Source of the DNA: a virus
Virus record (IMG/VR): IMGVR_UViG_3300032753_000007
Coordinates: 32,001 to 96,000 of that record
DNA length: 64,000 bases
Strand: one strand, 5' to 3'
Part shown: piece after piece, positions 37,754 through 49,340 of the stretch
How the letters are laid out: every line of letters begins with the position of its first letter
Position numbering within the stretch: the first letter of the stretch is position 1
Translations under genes and position numbers: made by a program
Notes under the pieces: model-generated
The model's input: only the letters and a program-made list of their open reading frames with translations
Database searches by the model: none
Told to the model about the DNA's origin: nothing

Positions 37754-38044
37754 ATGATGGAAATAATGCATTTGGTACATCGCCTGCATAAACTCGATCT
37801 CGCTGCATTTTATAACCCAGACGATCAAGATATGATTAATCTTATTAAAGAAAGAAATAAAGAACAAATTTTCAACTATCTAATTGAAAAGAACCACTGT
37901 AGAATCGCCCCCCATAATGCCAATACTAATGTACTTACCCATGCTTTTACTGAAGAAGATCTTAAAGCTTTAGTAAGCGATTGTATTTTCATTGGAGAAC
38001 AGATTGAGTCTAGTAAAAATGCATCTCTACTGCTAGATAAATAA
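37754..38044 (+). CDS. Hypothetical protein
   Basis: GAGG SD; 96 aa. Confidence 0.6.
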   Translation: MMEIMHLVHRLHKLDLAAFYNPDDQDMINLIKERNKEQIFNYLIEKNHCRIAPHNANTNVLTHAFTEEDLKALVSDCIFIGEQIESSKNASLLLDK

Positions 38045-38067
38045 CAATTCTTAACCTCTTACCATAT

Positions 38068-38112
38068 AGCACTAACGTTTGATTAATCAAATGTTAGTGC
38101 TTTTTATTTTTT
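38068..38112 (+). terminator. Intrinsic terminator with GATTAATC centre
   Basis: AGCACTAACGTTTGATT|AATCAAATGTTAGTGCT (one G-U pair on the + RNA) plus T tract. Confidence 0.8.
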
Positions 38113-38826
38113 ATGAAAATTACATTAATTACCCTATTTGTTTTATTAATGATTAGTCCATTAGATGGATTAGCTAAAACTTATAAAAAAAGCTTAACAA
38201 CAAAACGAGTAGATACTCGACCTAACGAATACAATAAAGACATATGGACATATACTGCTGAAGTAGATATGTATTCGTATGCATCTTTTTTAAATATGAC
38301 ATTAGACTATTCTGATAGTAATGGGTGGGATATACAGCTAGCAAATTACAATGACCAAATATACGGTAAAAATGCTAAAGACTATACAGGCACTGAGTAT
38401 CTTAATATATCTAAGTCGTTTTATTTAAATAAGCATTATAGCTTTTTATTAGGATCACAAATAGGCACTACGTTATTTACTACACTAAAGCCTATGTATT
38501 TGTTTGAGTATGGTTTATTTACTATTCAGCCAAATAAGTACTTTAATATTCAACTAGGTTCTTATTTTGCAAATAGTAGCTTAACAACAACTACAGATGT
38601 TATTGGCTATATAACTGGCTTTACTGTTAATAACTATAATGGGTCTTTAATTTTACAAGGTGATTATTATAGTGGTGAAAACAATGTATCCAGTGCTGTT
38701 ATAAATTTGCTATATAGCGCTAATAATACAACACAGCCTTACATAGGTGTAGAGATACCTGAAACAAGTTCAGGTAATGATTTTTATGGTATTGTTGGTT
38801 TAAATTATACATTCAATAATCATTAG
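38113..38826 (+). CDS. Outer-membrane beta-barrel-like protein with signal peptide
   Basis: Signal peptide MKITLITLFVLLMISPLDGLA; alternating aromatic beta strands; C-terminal YGIVGLNYTF beta-signal-like motif. Confidence 0.65.
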   Translation: MKITLITLFVLLMISPLDGLAKTYKKSLTTKRVDTRPNEYNKDIWTYTAEVDMYSYASFLNMTLDYSDSNGWDIQLANYNDQIYGKNAKDYTGTEYLNISKSFYLNKHYSFLLGSQIGTTLFTTLKPMYLFEYGLFTIQPNKYFNIQLGSYFANSSLTTTTDVIGYITGFTVNNYNGSLILQGDYYSGENNVSSAVINLLYSANNTTQPYIGVEIPETSSGNDFYGIVGLNYTFNNH

Positions 38827-38912
38827 GAAACTTTATAGATACATCAGACCATGTAGTTTACTATAAGTTATATTGTGAGTAATTATAATTTTAACTTATA
38901 GAGAATATAAAC

Positions 38913-39119
38913 ATGGGGTTTATTATAGGCTTAATAATGGCTTTTCTTATATCGTTATTTAATTTTAATAATGATAATGATGTAATGCACAGTCATTCAC
39001 AAACAACTGAGGAAATAGCTAAAAAAGATAAACACTATTATTCTGTTCCTGAAGTCAATAAAGATAAAACAGCTACAATAGCAATTGCTTTATTTATTAG
39101 CATTATGCTATTAATTTAA
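38913..39119 (+). CDS. Small two-TM membrane protein
   Basis: Hydrophobic N- and C-termini. Confidence 0.55.
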   Translation: MGFIIGLIMAFLISLFNFNNDNDVMHSHSQTTEEIAKKDKHYYSVPEVNKDKTATIAIALFISIMLLI

Positions 39120-39152
39120 TAATACATATAACTCATTATAGGATACACCATT

Positions 39153-39803
39153 ATGCAAATTATATATAACGACTGCCACGCAATGCAAGATTTTCCAGAT
39201 ATTCAAAATGAGCTTTTATATGATAGGGCAGTCAATATAAGTAGTTTAATTAATTTTGAAGTATTAGGCAAATACCTCAATATAGATGAAAACATTGAAA
39301 ATAACTTTACATTTAAAGATTATTTTTATAAATTAATAGAAGTAGCTTTTGGTGATGTGGATAATTATGTAAGTGCTTTTGGTGAAAAGTTTGTGTTAAT
39401 TATAATGGTCTGGAGTAAAGCCATTGATGAAATATTAGCCAGTGGATTAAAACGGCCTAAGAAAAAAGACGACTTATTATTTAGTTGGGAATGGAATACG
39501 CATGGAAAAATGACAAATACCAAATTACAAGGAGAATTTATTGTTTCACTTACATCAGGCAAATATATAGACATCTATTGCATACTCCATAATGGTGTTG
39601 ATACTTTAAGTGAAAAAGAAATACATTGCATTTTAAAATGTAATGCTATCGTTGCTTTACTCATATCATTTTATTATGGCATAGCTTATGGCATATCACT
39701 TATGCCTAATGTAGCAATAGTGAGTGATAATTATACATTGGTAAGTGATCGTAATAATTTAGTTGATTTAGCGATATTACATGACTATGTAACAATACAT
39801 TAA
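39153..39803 (+). CDS. Hypothetical protein
   Basis: AGGA SD; 216 aa. Confidence 0.6.
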   Translation: MQIIYNDCHAMQDFPDIQNELLYDRAVNISSLINFEVLGKYLNIDENIENNFTFKDYFYKLIEVAFGDVDNYVSAFGEKFVLIIMVWSKAIDEILASGLKRPKKKDDLLFSWEWNTHGKMTNTKLQGEFIVSLTSGKYIDIYCILHNGVDTLSEKEIHCILKCNAIVALLISFYYGIAYGISLMPNVAIVSDNYTLVSDRNNLVDLAILHDYVTIH

Positions 39804-39808
39804 TAATC

Positions 39809-39865
39809 TATCATCACACATCCAATGGATGTGTGATGATAATTATAATTATATTATTTTTTTTT
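39809..39865. terminator. Bidirectional terminator
   Basis: TATCATCACACATCCA-a-TGGATGTGTGATGATA between convergent genes. Confidence 0.8.
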
Positions 39866-40719
39866 TATGCTGTTGGTGGCAATACAGCAGCAGTAATTTC
39901 TGATGCTAAACCTTGTAATGAGGCTACATTGGATGCAATGCCATTTGCCATACCTGCCAAATCTAAAGGTCTCAAACCATTTAGCTGTAAAGTATTTAAA
40001 TAGTTTTTAGCCATTTGATCAATTTGTTGACCTACTTGCTGTACGCCAGTAAACTCAATATCAACAGTAGTCAATTCTGAACCAGCACCCATTTCACGAG
40101 AACCTTCAATAGGGCCTGCTGTTTTTGGCATATGATTGCTAATTAGCCAAGCATTAGTAATCTTAGTCATTGTCAAATCAGGTTCAAAATACAATACAGT
40201 AAATGATTGTTGTGATGCTAAAATAGCAGGAGAGCCTGCTGAAATATAAGCAGGTTCAGCAACAATACCTGGCACTTGTAAATCTGGATCTAAAATTAAT
40301 TGTCTACCAAATTCAGTCCAGTATTTTGTAATTGCTTGACCGTATTTTTCAGCCCATGAGAAAGTAGGTGTAGACTGCTCACGGCTTGCTTTTAATGGAG
40401 ACTCTAGTTTTAAACCAGAGTGTCCTATTGGAACGCCATCATATTCCCATTCAAGACTTTGTTTTAAACCGTCAATTTTTTGAGGCATTACTTCAATCAA
40501 TTGTTTAAGTGCTTGCATTTGATAACTCGCATTAGGCATGTACTGCATTAAGCCTGGTGCAGATATCAATACGGCCATGACTTTCTGACGTATATAGTTA
40601 CTAGATGTAGCCCAGAATAATGGATTAACCATTAACCCTTGCTGACCACCATTAGACATGTCTAATTGTGGGGTGTTATTTGAGTTCATTGAAATCGTAG
40701 AAGTCGTTGTAATAGCCAT
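39865..40719 (-). CDS. Tail tube protein (phiKZ gp30-like)
   Basis: 284 aa directly downstream of the sheath gene; P.F.W.EKYG, LYFEPD...NAWL..N.MP, IEFTG motifs. Confidence 0.75.
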   Translation of the reverse strand: MAITTTSTISMNSNNTPQLDMSNGGQQGLMVNPLFWATSSNYIRQKVMAVLISAPGLMQYMPNASYQMQALKQLIEVMPQKIDGLKQSLEWEYDGVPIGHSGLKLESPLKASREQSTPTFSWAEKYGQAITKYWTEFGRQLILDPDLQVPGIVAEPAYISAGSPAILASQQSFTVLYFEPDLTMTKITNAWLISNHMPKTAGPIEGSREMGAGSELTTVDIEFTGVQQVGQQIDQMAKNYLNTLQLNGLRPLDLAGMANGIASNVASLQGLASEITAAVLPPTA

Positions 40720-40732
40720 AATTTACTCCTTA

Positions 40733-43597
40733 TTATGCTGCTGCAGCGGTGGTATTACGTTTAGTAATAATGGTGTACATACCTACTGTTTTAGGCACTT
40801 GTCCATAAACAGTTACTTCTTGTTGCCAAGAATATCCATTTGCTGTATCAACTGCTGTAAAATAAGTATTTACTGAAATAGTAACTTGACTATCGTATTT
40901 GCCTGATGTACCCGCAATTAACAAACCATTAGCTTTATCAATAAATTCAGCAGGTGTTAGTGAATCATCATTAGTCATTTGTCTCCAAACGCCTTCAGAT
41001 ACAGCGGTTACATTAGCGCATATCCACATGAATTTTTCACTAGCCAATACAGAACGTTCTTGATTATAGATAGTATGCAAACCTGCATAGAACAAACGTT
41101 TAGTATCATAAGATTGACAATAGTTTAAACCACTAATCCAAGCTTGTGTTTTAGCACTCAATGGAATAAAGCTATTACTAATGTCTTTCATATAAGTAAC
41201 AATATTGCCAGGTGCAACACTGTATTTATTATCTGAATTTAAAACACCTTGAGTAGCACCACTATAAGCAGCGCGTTTTGAAGCTAATTCAAATACAGTA
41301 GATACTAAACCATTAAAGCGACCATTTAACAATGTGCCTTGTTGCATCATAATACAAGCACGTACAGCAGGTGTACCCCAATAAGCAGATTCAACATGGT
41401 TAAATAACTGATTACGTAACATTGTACCAATACTAATTTCATCAGACAACGATAATGCTTTTCCTGCACCACTAGTAGGAACACTATAAGTACCTAATGT
41501 AACATGTACGTCGGGTCTATAATCTAACCAATTAGCCAATGCATATTTAGCACACGTAATTTGTCCTGAACCAGGCAATGAATAACCAGAGTCATAGATT
41601 GCACTAAATGGATATCTAGCACTATCAATTAAAGGGGCTGATGGATTTTGATAATGTGAAGATAGCGTACATTCATTATAAACGCATTGTTCATAAGTAG
41701 CATTATCTAAAGCGCCGTCTACACCACCTGTTAAATAATAGGTTCTATTTTTATTAATTTGTACATTGCTAGTATCAACAACAAATCCATAGTAAGGCGT
41801 ACCGTAATAATCAGTACCTGTAAATGGATCAATCATATAAATAGACAAAGAGTTACTGGTATTTTCACTATAAGGAATAAGAGTACCACTACCATTATTA
41901 GCACCTGTTCCACTAGCAACAAATGTAGTACCAACAGTATTACTGGGTGCACCAATTAATGTAAAGTCAGTTAAATTAGTGAGTGTAGTAGAAGCAATTG
42001 TTTGTGTTACTGATTTAATAACAGTACCATTACCGGTAGGTGTAGTATTGTTAAACGTAAATACATCACCAATTTCAGGAGTGCTAGCAGTATCGCCAAT
42101 AGCAGACCAATTAGTAAGCGTGCTACCTAAAGTAACAATAGTATAACTAGTGCCTGATAGCATTGCAGTAGCCGCAATAGGGGTAGTAGTGCTTACTAAG
42201 TAAGTACCTATACCACCAGTAGTACCTGTTAATTGTGATATTACAGCAGTATTAGCAGGAACATTAGTACCTGACAAAATATCACCAGCATCTAAACTGC
42301 CTGAATTAACAGCAGTAACAGTCATTACGTTATTGGTAATGCTACCAACAACACTAGTGCCTAATGATTTAATGATATAAGCAGTTTGTAATTCAAAATT
42401 ACCTGCGTTAATAGGCGAGCTAATGCCACTGCGTGCTGCTAACTCTTGTGTTTGTAGCGTAGTCAATACAGCTTCAATATTGTTATAATGGACTAACGGT
42501 GCAGTAATAGGACTAAAGGTGGGTGAAAGACCAGTAGTACTGCCATCATCAGAATACAACTGATCTGCTGTTTCTAAAGATAGTGGTTGATTTGTTTTGT
42601 AATTGTAGCTATTAGGCTGCAACATAAAACTAACTATAGGCGCATTATCTAGTGTAGGAATAATAGTAGGGCTACTATTTGGTACATTTTGTACAATTTG
42701 TAAACTGTATTGTAATGCACTTTGATCGGTAATAACATCTAAATCAGCTGGATTAATAGAGGTAGAGTTTGATGACCATAGACGAACACCAATGCTATCA
42801 TAACTACCACTTACACCGTTGTTATTTACACCAACAAAACTATCTCTAAATGTAATCAATGGATAATAAGTAATGCCATTAACATTAACAGGACCTGCAT
42901 CTAGTGCGCTATCTGTTGTACTTCTTAGTTCTTGCCAAGATAACTCTAATGTAATGCCATTAGTAATTGGTGTAGTAGCGTTATAAGTATAATTACCATT
43001 ACTATCCAATACAGGTACGCCAGAGCCATCACGCACTAAAGGATATAGTGTTGGGACTACAGTACCTGAAGATTGAGTTGTGCTAGTAGCAACAAATGTT
43101 GTTGAATTTAAAGTAATGCCACTTGTAGTAGTAATGCTAGTAGATAACCCCATTGTGTGCCATTGTGAAATAGTAGTATTTCCCAATGAAACAATTGTAT
43201 ATGATTTTCCAGCCACTAATGACGTTACTGGATAAGCATTAGTAGAAGCACCACCATAAATAGCAGCACATAAAGTGCTTTGTGCTTGCTGTGCTGTACT
43301 GTCATAAACCCGTTTACAATAAACAGGGTTAGCTAAATCTAGCATAGATAATGCAAATGCAGTTGCATGATTATAATAATCACCGCGCATATCAACTGCA
43401 GCTGAACCAAACGCGCGAATAAACTCTGAGCCACTCATGGCTAAAAATACATCAGGGCCAGTTGGCGCCATGATGTATACTAATGGGGTATGAATAGCCG
43501 TCGCTTCAGTAGCAGTAACAGCAGGCAAGACCGATTGGTCATTAATGCCTAGCATTACAGCCCTTGGCGTACTATTTGTAATAGGTGGTGTAATCAT
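40733..43597 (-). CDS. Contractile tail sheath protein (phiKZ gp29-like) with inserted accessory domains
   Basis: N.TP...GI.D.S N-terminus, YLTGG.DG, YDSGY, ES..WGTP..RA; 954 aa. Confidence 0.85.
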   Translation of the reverse strand: MITPPITNSTPRAVMLGINDQSVLPAVTATEATAIHTPLVYIMAPTGPDVFLAMSGSEFIRAFGSAAVDMRGDYYNHATAFALSMLDLANPVYCKRVYDSTAQQAQSTLCAAIYGGASTNAYPVTSLVAGKSYTIVSLGNTTISQWHTMGLSTSITTTSGITLNSTTFVATSTTQSSGTVVPTLYPLVRDGSGVPVLDSNGNYTYNATTPITNGITLELSWQELRSTTDSALDAGPVNVNGITYYPLITFRDSFVGVNNNGVSGSYDSIGVRLWSSNSTSINPADLDVITDQSALQYSLQIVQNVPNSSPTIIPTLDNAPIVSFMLQPNSYNYKTNQPLSLETADQLYSDDGSTTGLSPTFSPITAPLVHYNNIEAVLTTLQTQELAARSGISSPINAGNFELQTAYIIKSLGTSVVGSITNNVMTVTAVNSGSLDAGDILSGTNVPANTAVISQLTGTTGGIGTYLVSTTTPIAATAMLSGTSYTIVTLGSTLTNWSAIGDTASTPEIGDVFTFNNTTPTGNGTVIKSVTQTIASTTLTNLTDFTLIGAPSNTVGTTFVASGTGANNGSGTLIPYSENTSNSLSIYMIDPFTGTDYYGTPYYGFVVDTSNVQINKNRTYYLTGGVDGALDNATYEQCVYNECTLSSHYQNPSAPLIDSARYPFSAIYDSGYSLPGSGQITCAKYALANWLDYRPDVHVTLGTYSVPTSGAGKALSLSDEISIGTMLRNQLFNHVESAYWGTPAVRACIMMQQGTLLNGRFNGLVSTVFELASKRAAYSGATQGVLNSDNKYSVAPGNIVTYMKDISNSFIPLSAKTQAWISGLNYCQSYDTKRLFYAGLHTIYNQERSVLASEKFMWICANVTAVSEGVWRQMTNDDSLTPAEFIDKANGLLIAGTSGKYDSQVTISVNTYFTAVDTANGYSWQQEVTVYGQVPKTVGMYTIITKRNTTAAAA

Positions 43598-43710
43598 TGC
43601 GATTCCTTTATTATTGAATTTAAACGTTTAATTCATATTATAAATAATAGAATAAGTGTCAGCCTTATATAGGCTGTTATTCTATGACTTTACTACAGCT
43701 GGAGATTTAC

Positions 43711-44646
43711 ATGAGTATTTATGATAGAGAAAAAATTTATACATCGTATAACACGATCACTATGTTAGGCTTACATCAAAAAGCTTATAATGCTGCAAAA
43801 GCATTTGAAAGAATATTAGTCATTGATAATGATGATGAAAACTTTATTAAAACAATGGATGGCCACATTGTATCAGTAATTGGTGACATTGGTGAAATAG
43901 ATAAAATAGATCATCCTGTTGTTTTAAATAATGTGATTTATATTGATTGCCGTAGCTATTATTCTAAAGGTGGTACACTAAAATCAAAATATGAAAATGA
44001 TTTTCTATATGCTAGAGCTATTTATGAGTATCTTTGGCTGTCTGATAGTGAGATATTTTTTCCACAAATGAACTTTATGGTTGATGCATTTTCTACTTGG
44101 GCATCTAATGCTTTAGCAAGAGAACAAGTCACCTCTATTTTAGTACAATCACAATACAGAATTTTATTAGCTATTTATTATTCAGCTATTTTTTCTAATG
44201 ATCATTACCACAGTAAAGAAGATTTAGTATTGTATTTATTAAAACTAATACCTAAAATAACTGGATTACCACAACAGTTGTTACTGGATTTATTAGAAAT
44301 GCATGAAGAAACGATACTCGCACTCTATATGATAAATACACCTGAATTGAAAACTTCTAGAATAGAATTACTTTGTGAAGTATTTAATGGGGTATTTGAA
44401 GGGGGTATTTTGTTCCAACCTTATTATCTATTTAATGCTATTTGTAGAGGCTCTATCATTATGGCTAATGGCGTTGCTATTGCTACCATTGGTATGGAAC
44501 ACCCACCTACATTCTGTGCTATGCTATCCTTGAGTTTAGATAGAAATGAACAAAATAAAACAGCATTAGGTAGAGCAGTTATGTCTATTAGTCGGCGCAA
44601 TAATCCAGAACACTTTAAATTGTTTTTAAAGGAACACAGTAAATGA
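43711..44646 (+). CDS. Virion structural protein (phiKZ gp28-like)
   Basis: Divergent from the sheath gene; EHPPTF motif; GGAG SD favours 43711 over the track start 43684. Confidence 0.65.
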   Translation: MSIYDREKIYTSYNTITMLGLHQKAYNAAKAFERILVIDNDDENFIKTMDGHIVSVIGDIGEIDKIDHPVVLNNVIYIDCRSYYSKGGTLKSKYENDFLYARAIYEYLWLSDSEIFFPQMNFMVDAFSTWASNALAREQVTSILVQSQYRILLAIYYSAIFSNDHYHSKEDLVLYLLKLIPKITGLPQQLLLDLLEMHEETILALYMINTPELKTSRIELLCEVFNGVFEGGILFQPYYLFNAICRGSIIMANGVAIATIGMEHPPTFCAMLSLSLDRNEQNKTALGRAVMSISRRNNPEHFKLFLKEHSK

Positions 44647-47264
44647 GTGATTTATCATCAAGTGTTTTAAATTCAGCTATAGCTAATGTATGGCCAAATA
44701 AAGAAGCTGATCGTGGTGCTACATTTAAAGCAACTAGAATTACGGGTGTTAATGGCGCTATTGGTCAAATTGATTTTTCTAATATGACATTAGCAGCTGG
44801 ATTAAGTGTTACTACATCATCTTACTTAGATGTGTTACCATTACCTGATAATGTAACTTTATTTACAGTATTAGAATTTGGTTTAATTCCAATGAACTTA
44901 ATGGGCATTACAACTACACCTATTTGGTGGACACCTATTGCTAATATTAGCTCTAAATACGCTATGTTAATTTTAGGCATTTGTGATGGACGATACATTA
45001 CATTAAATGGTACTTATATGATGATTAATAATAGCGGCAATATGTATGTCGCTATTAGTTATGCTATATGCCCGTTTGTATCTCAAAATGTAGATGACAT
45101 TTATTATAAGTTTTATATTAATCAAGCCTATGCTAATGAAGTATTATCTAATGTTACTATAGGCACTACTAATTCTTACATTAATGTAACTAATGATTAT
45201 ACAGGGTATACTGCTTTTGCAACTGCTTATAATTTACTTGTAAGTACACTAACTATACCGCCAATGGTATTTATTAATGGCTATTATAGACCAGATGGTT
45301 TACCACCACAAGTTAATTTATCCAGTGGTGATGTAGTTGATTATGTATCTGATCCTTACTTTACAGATTACTTAACATTTAATGAATCATCATTAGTCTC
45401 GTATACATCATCAATCGATAATAATGCTAAATTAATTTTATCATTTAATGCATTAATTCAGTTAATTTATGTTACTGAATTGGAATGCTTTATATCAGGC
45501 ACTACTAAAACAGGAAATCATATAGGACTTTACTACATTGTTAAATCACCTGCTAGTTTAAGAATGTTAACCTATAAAGATTTTGGTATTGATGCAACTA
45601 GTGTTAGTGCATTAATAACGCAGTTAATGGTAGGCTCTGGTAATGTGACACCATTGACTAATATTACTATTCATTTATATAGAAGATCTACTGGTCAATC
45701 TAAACAAGATATATTAGATTCAAATTACATTTCAGATTTAATGAATGTCAATACATCTGTTAGAGTAGGTGCTTTAGCAGGTGTAAATGCTACAATTCCT
45801 TTTTGGCAAGCACCTATATTAGAGCAATGTAACTATATTAAATGGTTATTTTTAAAATATACTCAATTAAATGATAGTAGTTTAATGGGTATATTTTCAC
45901 GTTATGGTTTAATTAAATTTTATGAAAAAGTAAGATTTAATACAAATGCACAAGCATGGCAGCTACCTGCTAATGCAAGTAATGGTGGTATGTTACAAAG
46001 CTATGTAGGTAGTGGTGGGTTAGTAACATTTACTGATTATGCTAGTGGTAATATTAGCTCATCAACGTACAGTAATGGAACTGGTGTTGAATTATTTTAT
46101 CCTGGACAAAACTTACAAAATCCTTTAGATAATGTTATTAATAGTGGTGATACCAGTACACCTACTATTAATTCAGATATTGGTGTATTTTGTTATTACC
46201 TATTTGGCAGCGTATTAACTTATGCTATTGAAGGTACTGATTATAATTTAGTTACTACTAATGGGGTAACTACATTGGTTTGGAATAGTAATTTAATTCA
46301 ATATACACGTTGGTATAGAACCAGTGAACCTGTTATATATTTTAAAGTAGCATTAACCTATTCATTATTGACTACTGGTATTGATATATACAATGGTAGA
46401 TCAAAGGCTAATGAAATTGGAATGGGCACTTTGATGGTTTGGATTAATTTAACTGATGGTAGTGATCGGTTTTTAATAGAGGGTTTAGATTATAGTGTTT
46501 TAAATGGAATGCTTTATTTAACATCTAAACCTGTTAATTGGAATCCTACTGGTATAGTGACAATTGTTTATTTTGGTTTGCCTGATCCATCATTACAGCA
46601 TGTTAATAAGAATGATTGGGGCTGGGTTAAACATGGCTATATTTATGAAAACTCAGTATATGACTTATTCATGAATAGGAATAGATTGTTCTTTATTGAT
46701 GGCAGAGCTACGCCATTTGAAGCAGTCATTTCACCTGAAAACTATTTAGACAAAACAAATTTACAACCAACAATACCTACTGTTGATGGTACGCCATATG
46801 CGGTTATTAAACCTAATAGTTTTTATAATGACGATGTATTAACATCGTACTCTACATCACTAGCTCAAGAAGTAGAAAATGATACATTAATTGCTAATTA
46901 CTTATCTGCTATGGTGCCACAAGTACCATCAACTACACCTATTGGTATTACACAGAAATATGAATTAGTTAGCCCATTATTAAATAGTGTAATTGATGGA
47001 GTAATAAATAATACAATTAATATTAACTACAGCAATTATACAGCAGATACGTTACAAGCTAGTTTAGAAAGTTATATGTACTTGCAGCCATTAGACCCCT
47101 GCACACTCAATCATGATGCTAACTTTACAGTCATTTCACCACGTTGGAGTACTGATGCGGTTACTGTAACTAATGCTCAAAGTATATTTATTAATGATGT
47201 AAATATTCTTTTATTACAAGGAAAAGTATCAGATATTAATCATTACCTTACAATTAGTCAATAA
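44643..47264 (+). CDS. Virion baseplate structural protein (phiKZ gp27-like)
   Basis: 873 aa; synteny between sheath and terminase; LIEGLDY motif. Confidence 0.65.
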   Translation: MSDLSSSVLNSAIANVWPNKEADRGATFKATRITGVNGAIGQIDFSNMTLAAGLSVTTSSYLDVLPLPDNVTLFTVLEFGLIPMNLMGITTTPIWWTPIANISSKYAMLILGICDGRYITLNGTYMMINNSGNMYVAISYAICPFVSQNVDDIYYKFYINQAYANEVLSNVTIGTTNSYINVTNDYTGYTAFATAYNLLVSTLTIPPMVFINGYYRPDGLPPQVNLSSGDVVDYVSDPYFTDYLTFNESSLVSYTSSIDNNAKLILSFNALIQLIYVTELECFISGTTKTGNHIGLYYIVKSPASLRMLTYKDFGIDATSVSALITQLMVGSGNVTPLTNITIHLYRRSTGQSKQDILDSNYISDLMNVNTSVRVGALAGVNATIPFWQAPILEQCNYIKWLFLKYTQLNDSSLMGIFSRYGLIKFYEKVRFNTNAQAWQLPANASNGGMLQSYVGSGGLVTFTDYASGNISSSTYSNGTGVELFYPGQNLQNPLDNVINSGDTSTPTINSDIGVFCYYLFGSVLTYAIEGTDYNLVTTNGVTTLVWNSNLIQYTRWYRTSEPVIYFKVALTYSLLTTGIDIYNGRSKANEIGMGTLMVWINLTDGSDRFLIEGLDYSVLNGMLYLTSKPVNWNPTGIVTIVYFGLPDPSLQHVNKNDWGWVKHGYIYENSVYDLFMNRNRLFFIDGRATPFEAVISPENYLDKTNLQPTIPTVDGTPYAVIKPNSFYNDDVLTSYSTSLAQEVENDTLIANYLSAMVPQVPSTTPIGITQKYELVSPLLNSVIDGVINNTININYSNYTADTLQASLESYMYLQPLDPCTLNHDANFTVISPRWSTDAVTVTNAQSIFINDVNILLLQGKVSDINHYLTISQ

Positions 47265-47277
47265 GGAAAATTAACAA

Positions 47278-48951
47278 ATGACACAAATTGTTTTTGAAAT
47301 TGATATAAATAGAGGTTTTAGATGCTGGTATATTAGTCAAATCTATATGGGCCCTACTAATCCTGGATTAGGTAGAATTGTACCTAATGTTGATGATGTA
47401 GTGTTTGATTGGTCTGCTGGTATTTATAGAGTTATTTCTGTAGATGCGGTTACTAACTTATCTGTATTAGTATTAATGTTTCCAATAGAAGCACTAGTAC
47501 AAGGTGGCTTATCACCTAGTAATGACTTTTATAAATGGCAACCTAGTATACAAGAAGTCGCTTATTTAAATACCGCAGTTACACCGTATCAAATGGCATT
47601 AGACGCTAAGTACTTTATTGTAGGCATTGAAACGTCTTCAGTTGTTTTATTTAGAGGCACTGATACTTCATCAACAGGCACTGTAATTAGTGCAGTCTAT
47701 GATTCATTGAATAATTACATTGGAAATACAGTTAAGGTATATCCCATTGATCCTACTAATTTAGCCATTACACGACCAAATGCCTTTAACTGCAGTACTG
47801 CATTAAACGATGGAGAAATCGTTACCTTAGTAGGCTATACTGCTTCTAATACGCCGTCTATGGAACACCCTTTTTTAGTTAAGAACTCATCTGCAATACA
47901 GCCAATTAATAATGCAGTGAGTACATTAGTAGACGTTCAATTAGTCAGTAGGTTATTAGATAGTACCGTAAGTAATCAGATTAATGTACCGGCTAATATA
48001 CCCATTCAGTCTAGTGATTATAGTGCTAATTTAATTTATGCAGATGGAACAACTAAAGCTATTAGCATTGATAATGTTAAGTGTAAGTTACAAGGCACAG
48101 TAGCATTAAATACAGCCGTAGTAGGTGTATATGGTACATTAGTTTTAACATATTACCCAGCTAATAATGAGCCCTATATTAATGGCAGTAACCCATCTAT
48201 AGCATCATTATCACATATATACAATGTAAATGTAATGCCCAATACATTAAATAGTGGGTTTAAAGTTTATGTAATTCCTAATTATAACGTTGATTATAAT
48301 AGTTATCAGTTGTCGTTTTATTTAACCACATTAGATTATAGTACAGTGACATTACTTAATCCATCACAATACACATTAAGTGAAATTGGTGGAAATCCTA
48401 TTAACTATAGTTCAAGTGGTAGGATGCAATCATTAGAAATACAAGTGCCTATTACATCGAGTATGGCTAATGGGTTTAGTGGCTATACATTTGTTCAAGC
48501 ATTTGGTATACAGTTTAATAAACCTGCTCAAAATCCATGGATTATTGATTACCTTAATACAAATAACAATATGTATGGTAGTGGGATATATTTTAATTTA
48601 GTAGCTCAAAACAATGCTTATGTCATTGATATGTCAATGGGGTTAACGTCAGTAACTACATGGTTAAGTAGTTTATTTGCTCCGTTATATCCTATTTATA
48701 ATACTGCTTTGACAACAACAGCGCCTACACCTACACACATTTCATTAAGCTATAATGGCTATACTACATCGCCTATATTACTCAGCAGTAATTGGAATGT
48801 AGTCGTAACAACAGCACTCTTTAATACGAGTACTGTATTTACATTTAATGATTCAAGTAACGTTACTATTTCATGGCTAACCGCCACTGATCAAACTGAT
48901 GTATTTTCAACAATTGCCTTATCTAGTGTAATACTATTAATGTCTAATTAG
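47278..48951 (+). CDS. Virion structural protein (phiKZ gp26-like)
   Basis: 557 aa; W...IY.G....G..VPNVDD.V N-terminus; synteny. Confidence 0.65.
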   Translation: MTQIVFEIDINRGFRCWYISQIYMGPTNPGLGRIVPNVDDVVFDWSAGIYRVISVDAVTNLSVLVLMFPIEALVQGGLSPSNDFYKWQPSIQEVAYLNTAVTPYQMALDAKYFIVGIETSSVVLFRGTDTSSTGTVISAVYDSLNNYIGNTVKVYPIDPTNLAITRPNAFNCSTALNDGEIVTLVGYTASNTPSMEHPFLVKNSSAIQPINNAVSTLVDVQLVSRLLDSTVSNQINVPANIPIQSSDYSANLIYADGTTKAISIDNVKCKLQGTVALNTAVVGVYGTLVLTYYPANNEPYINGSNPSIASLSHIYNVNVMPNTLNSGFKVYVIPNYNVDYNSYQLSFYLTTLDYSTVTLLNPSQYTLSEIGGNPINYSSSGRMQSLEIQVPITSSMANGFSGYTFVQAFGIQFNKPAQNPWIIDYLNTNNNMYGSGIYFNLVAQNNAYVIDMSMGLTSVTTWLSSLFAPLYPIYNTALTTTAPTPTHISLSYNGYTTSPILLSSNWNVVVTTALFNTSTVFTFNDSSNVTISWLTATDQTDVFSTIALSSVILLMSN

Positions 48952-48964
48952 GAGTTTAAATAAA

Positions 48965-49273
48965 ATGAAACAGGTAAGCTTTGTATCAAACTTTGGTATT
49001 ATGTGTCTAGCCTTTTATATGGTTGGCATTATGGCCAATGATATGTATCTTGATCAAAAACAAATTATAGAAACTATTATGCCATCTAATAACGTAATGT
49101 ATTCAATAGAACGTTATTTAGATAATATCGATTTAAACTGCATAGTAGATGATATTATTTATCCTACAGCACATAGCTCATTTAATTTAGGTACTTTTGA
49201 ATCAGAAAAAAGCCTATTAACTAGTTATGAGTTAATAGATAACTGCATTAATGATAGTGATGAGTTAATATAA
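48965..49273 (+). CDS. Hypothetical protein with N-terminal hydrophobic segment
   Basis: AGGAG SD; 102 aa. Confidence 0.55.
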   Translation: MKQVSFVSNFGIMCLAFYMVGIMANDMYLDQKQIIETIMPSNNVMYSIERYLDNIDLNCIVDDIIYPTAHSSFNLGTFESEKSLLTSYELIDNCINDSDELI

Positions 49274-49276
49274 ACC

Positions 49277-49318
49277 ATTTACCCTATACCTAAATACTGG
49301 TATAGGGTAAATTTTTTT
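49277..49318 (+). terminator. Intrinsic terminator
   Basis: ATTTACCCTATACC-n8-GGTATAGGGTAAAT plus T tract. Confidence 0.75.
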
Positions 49319-49340
49319 AATTTATTTTTTTATTTAAGTT

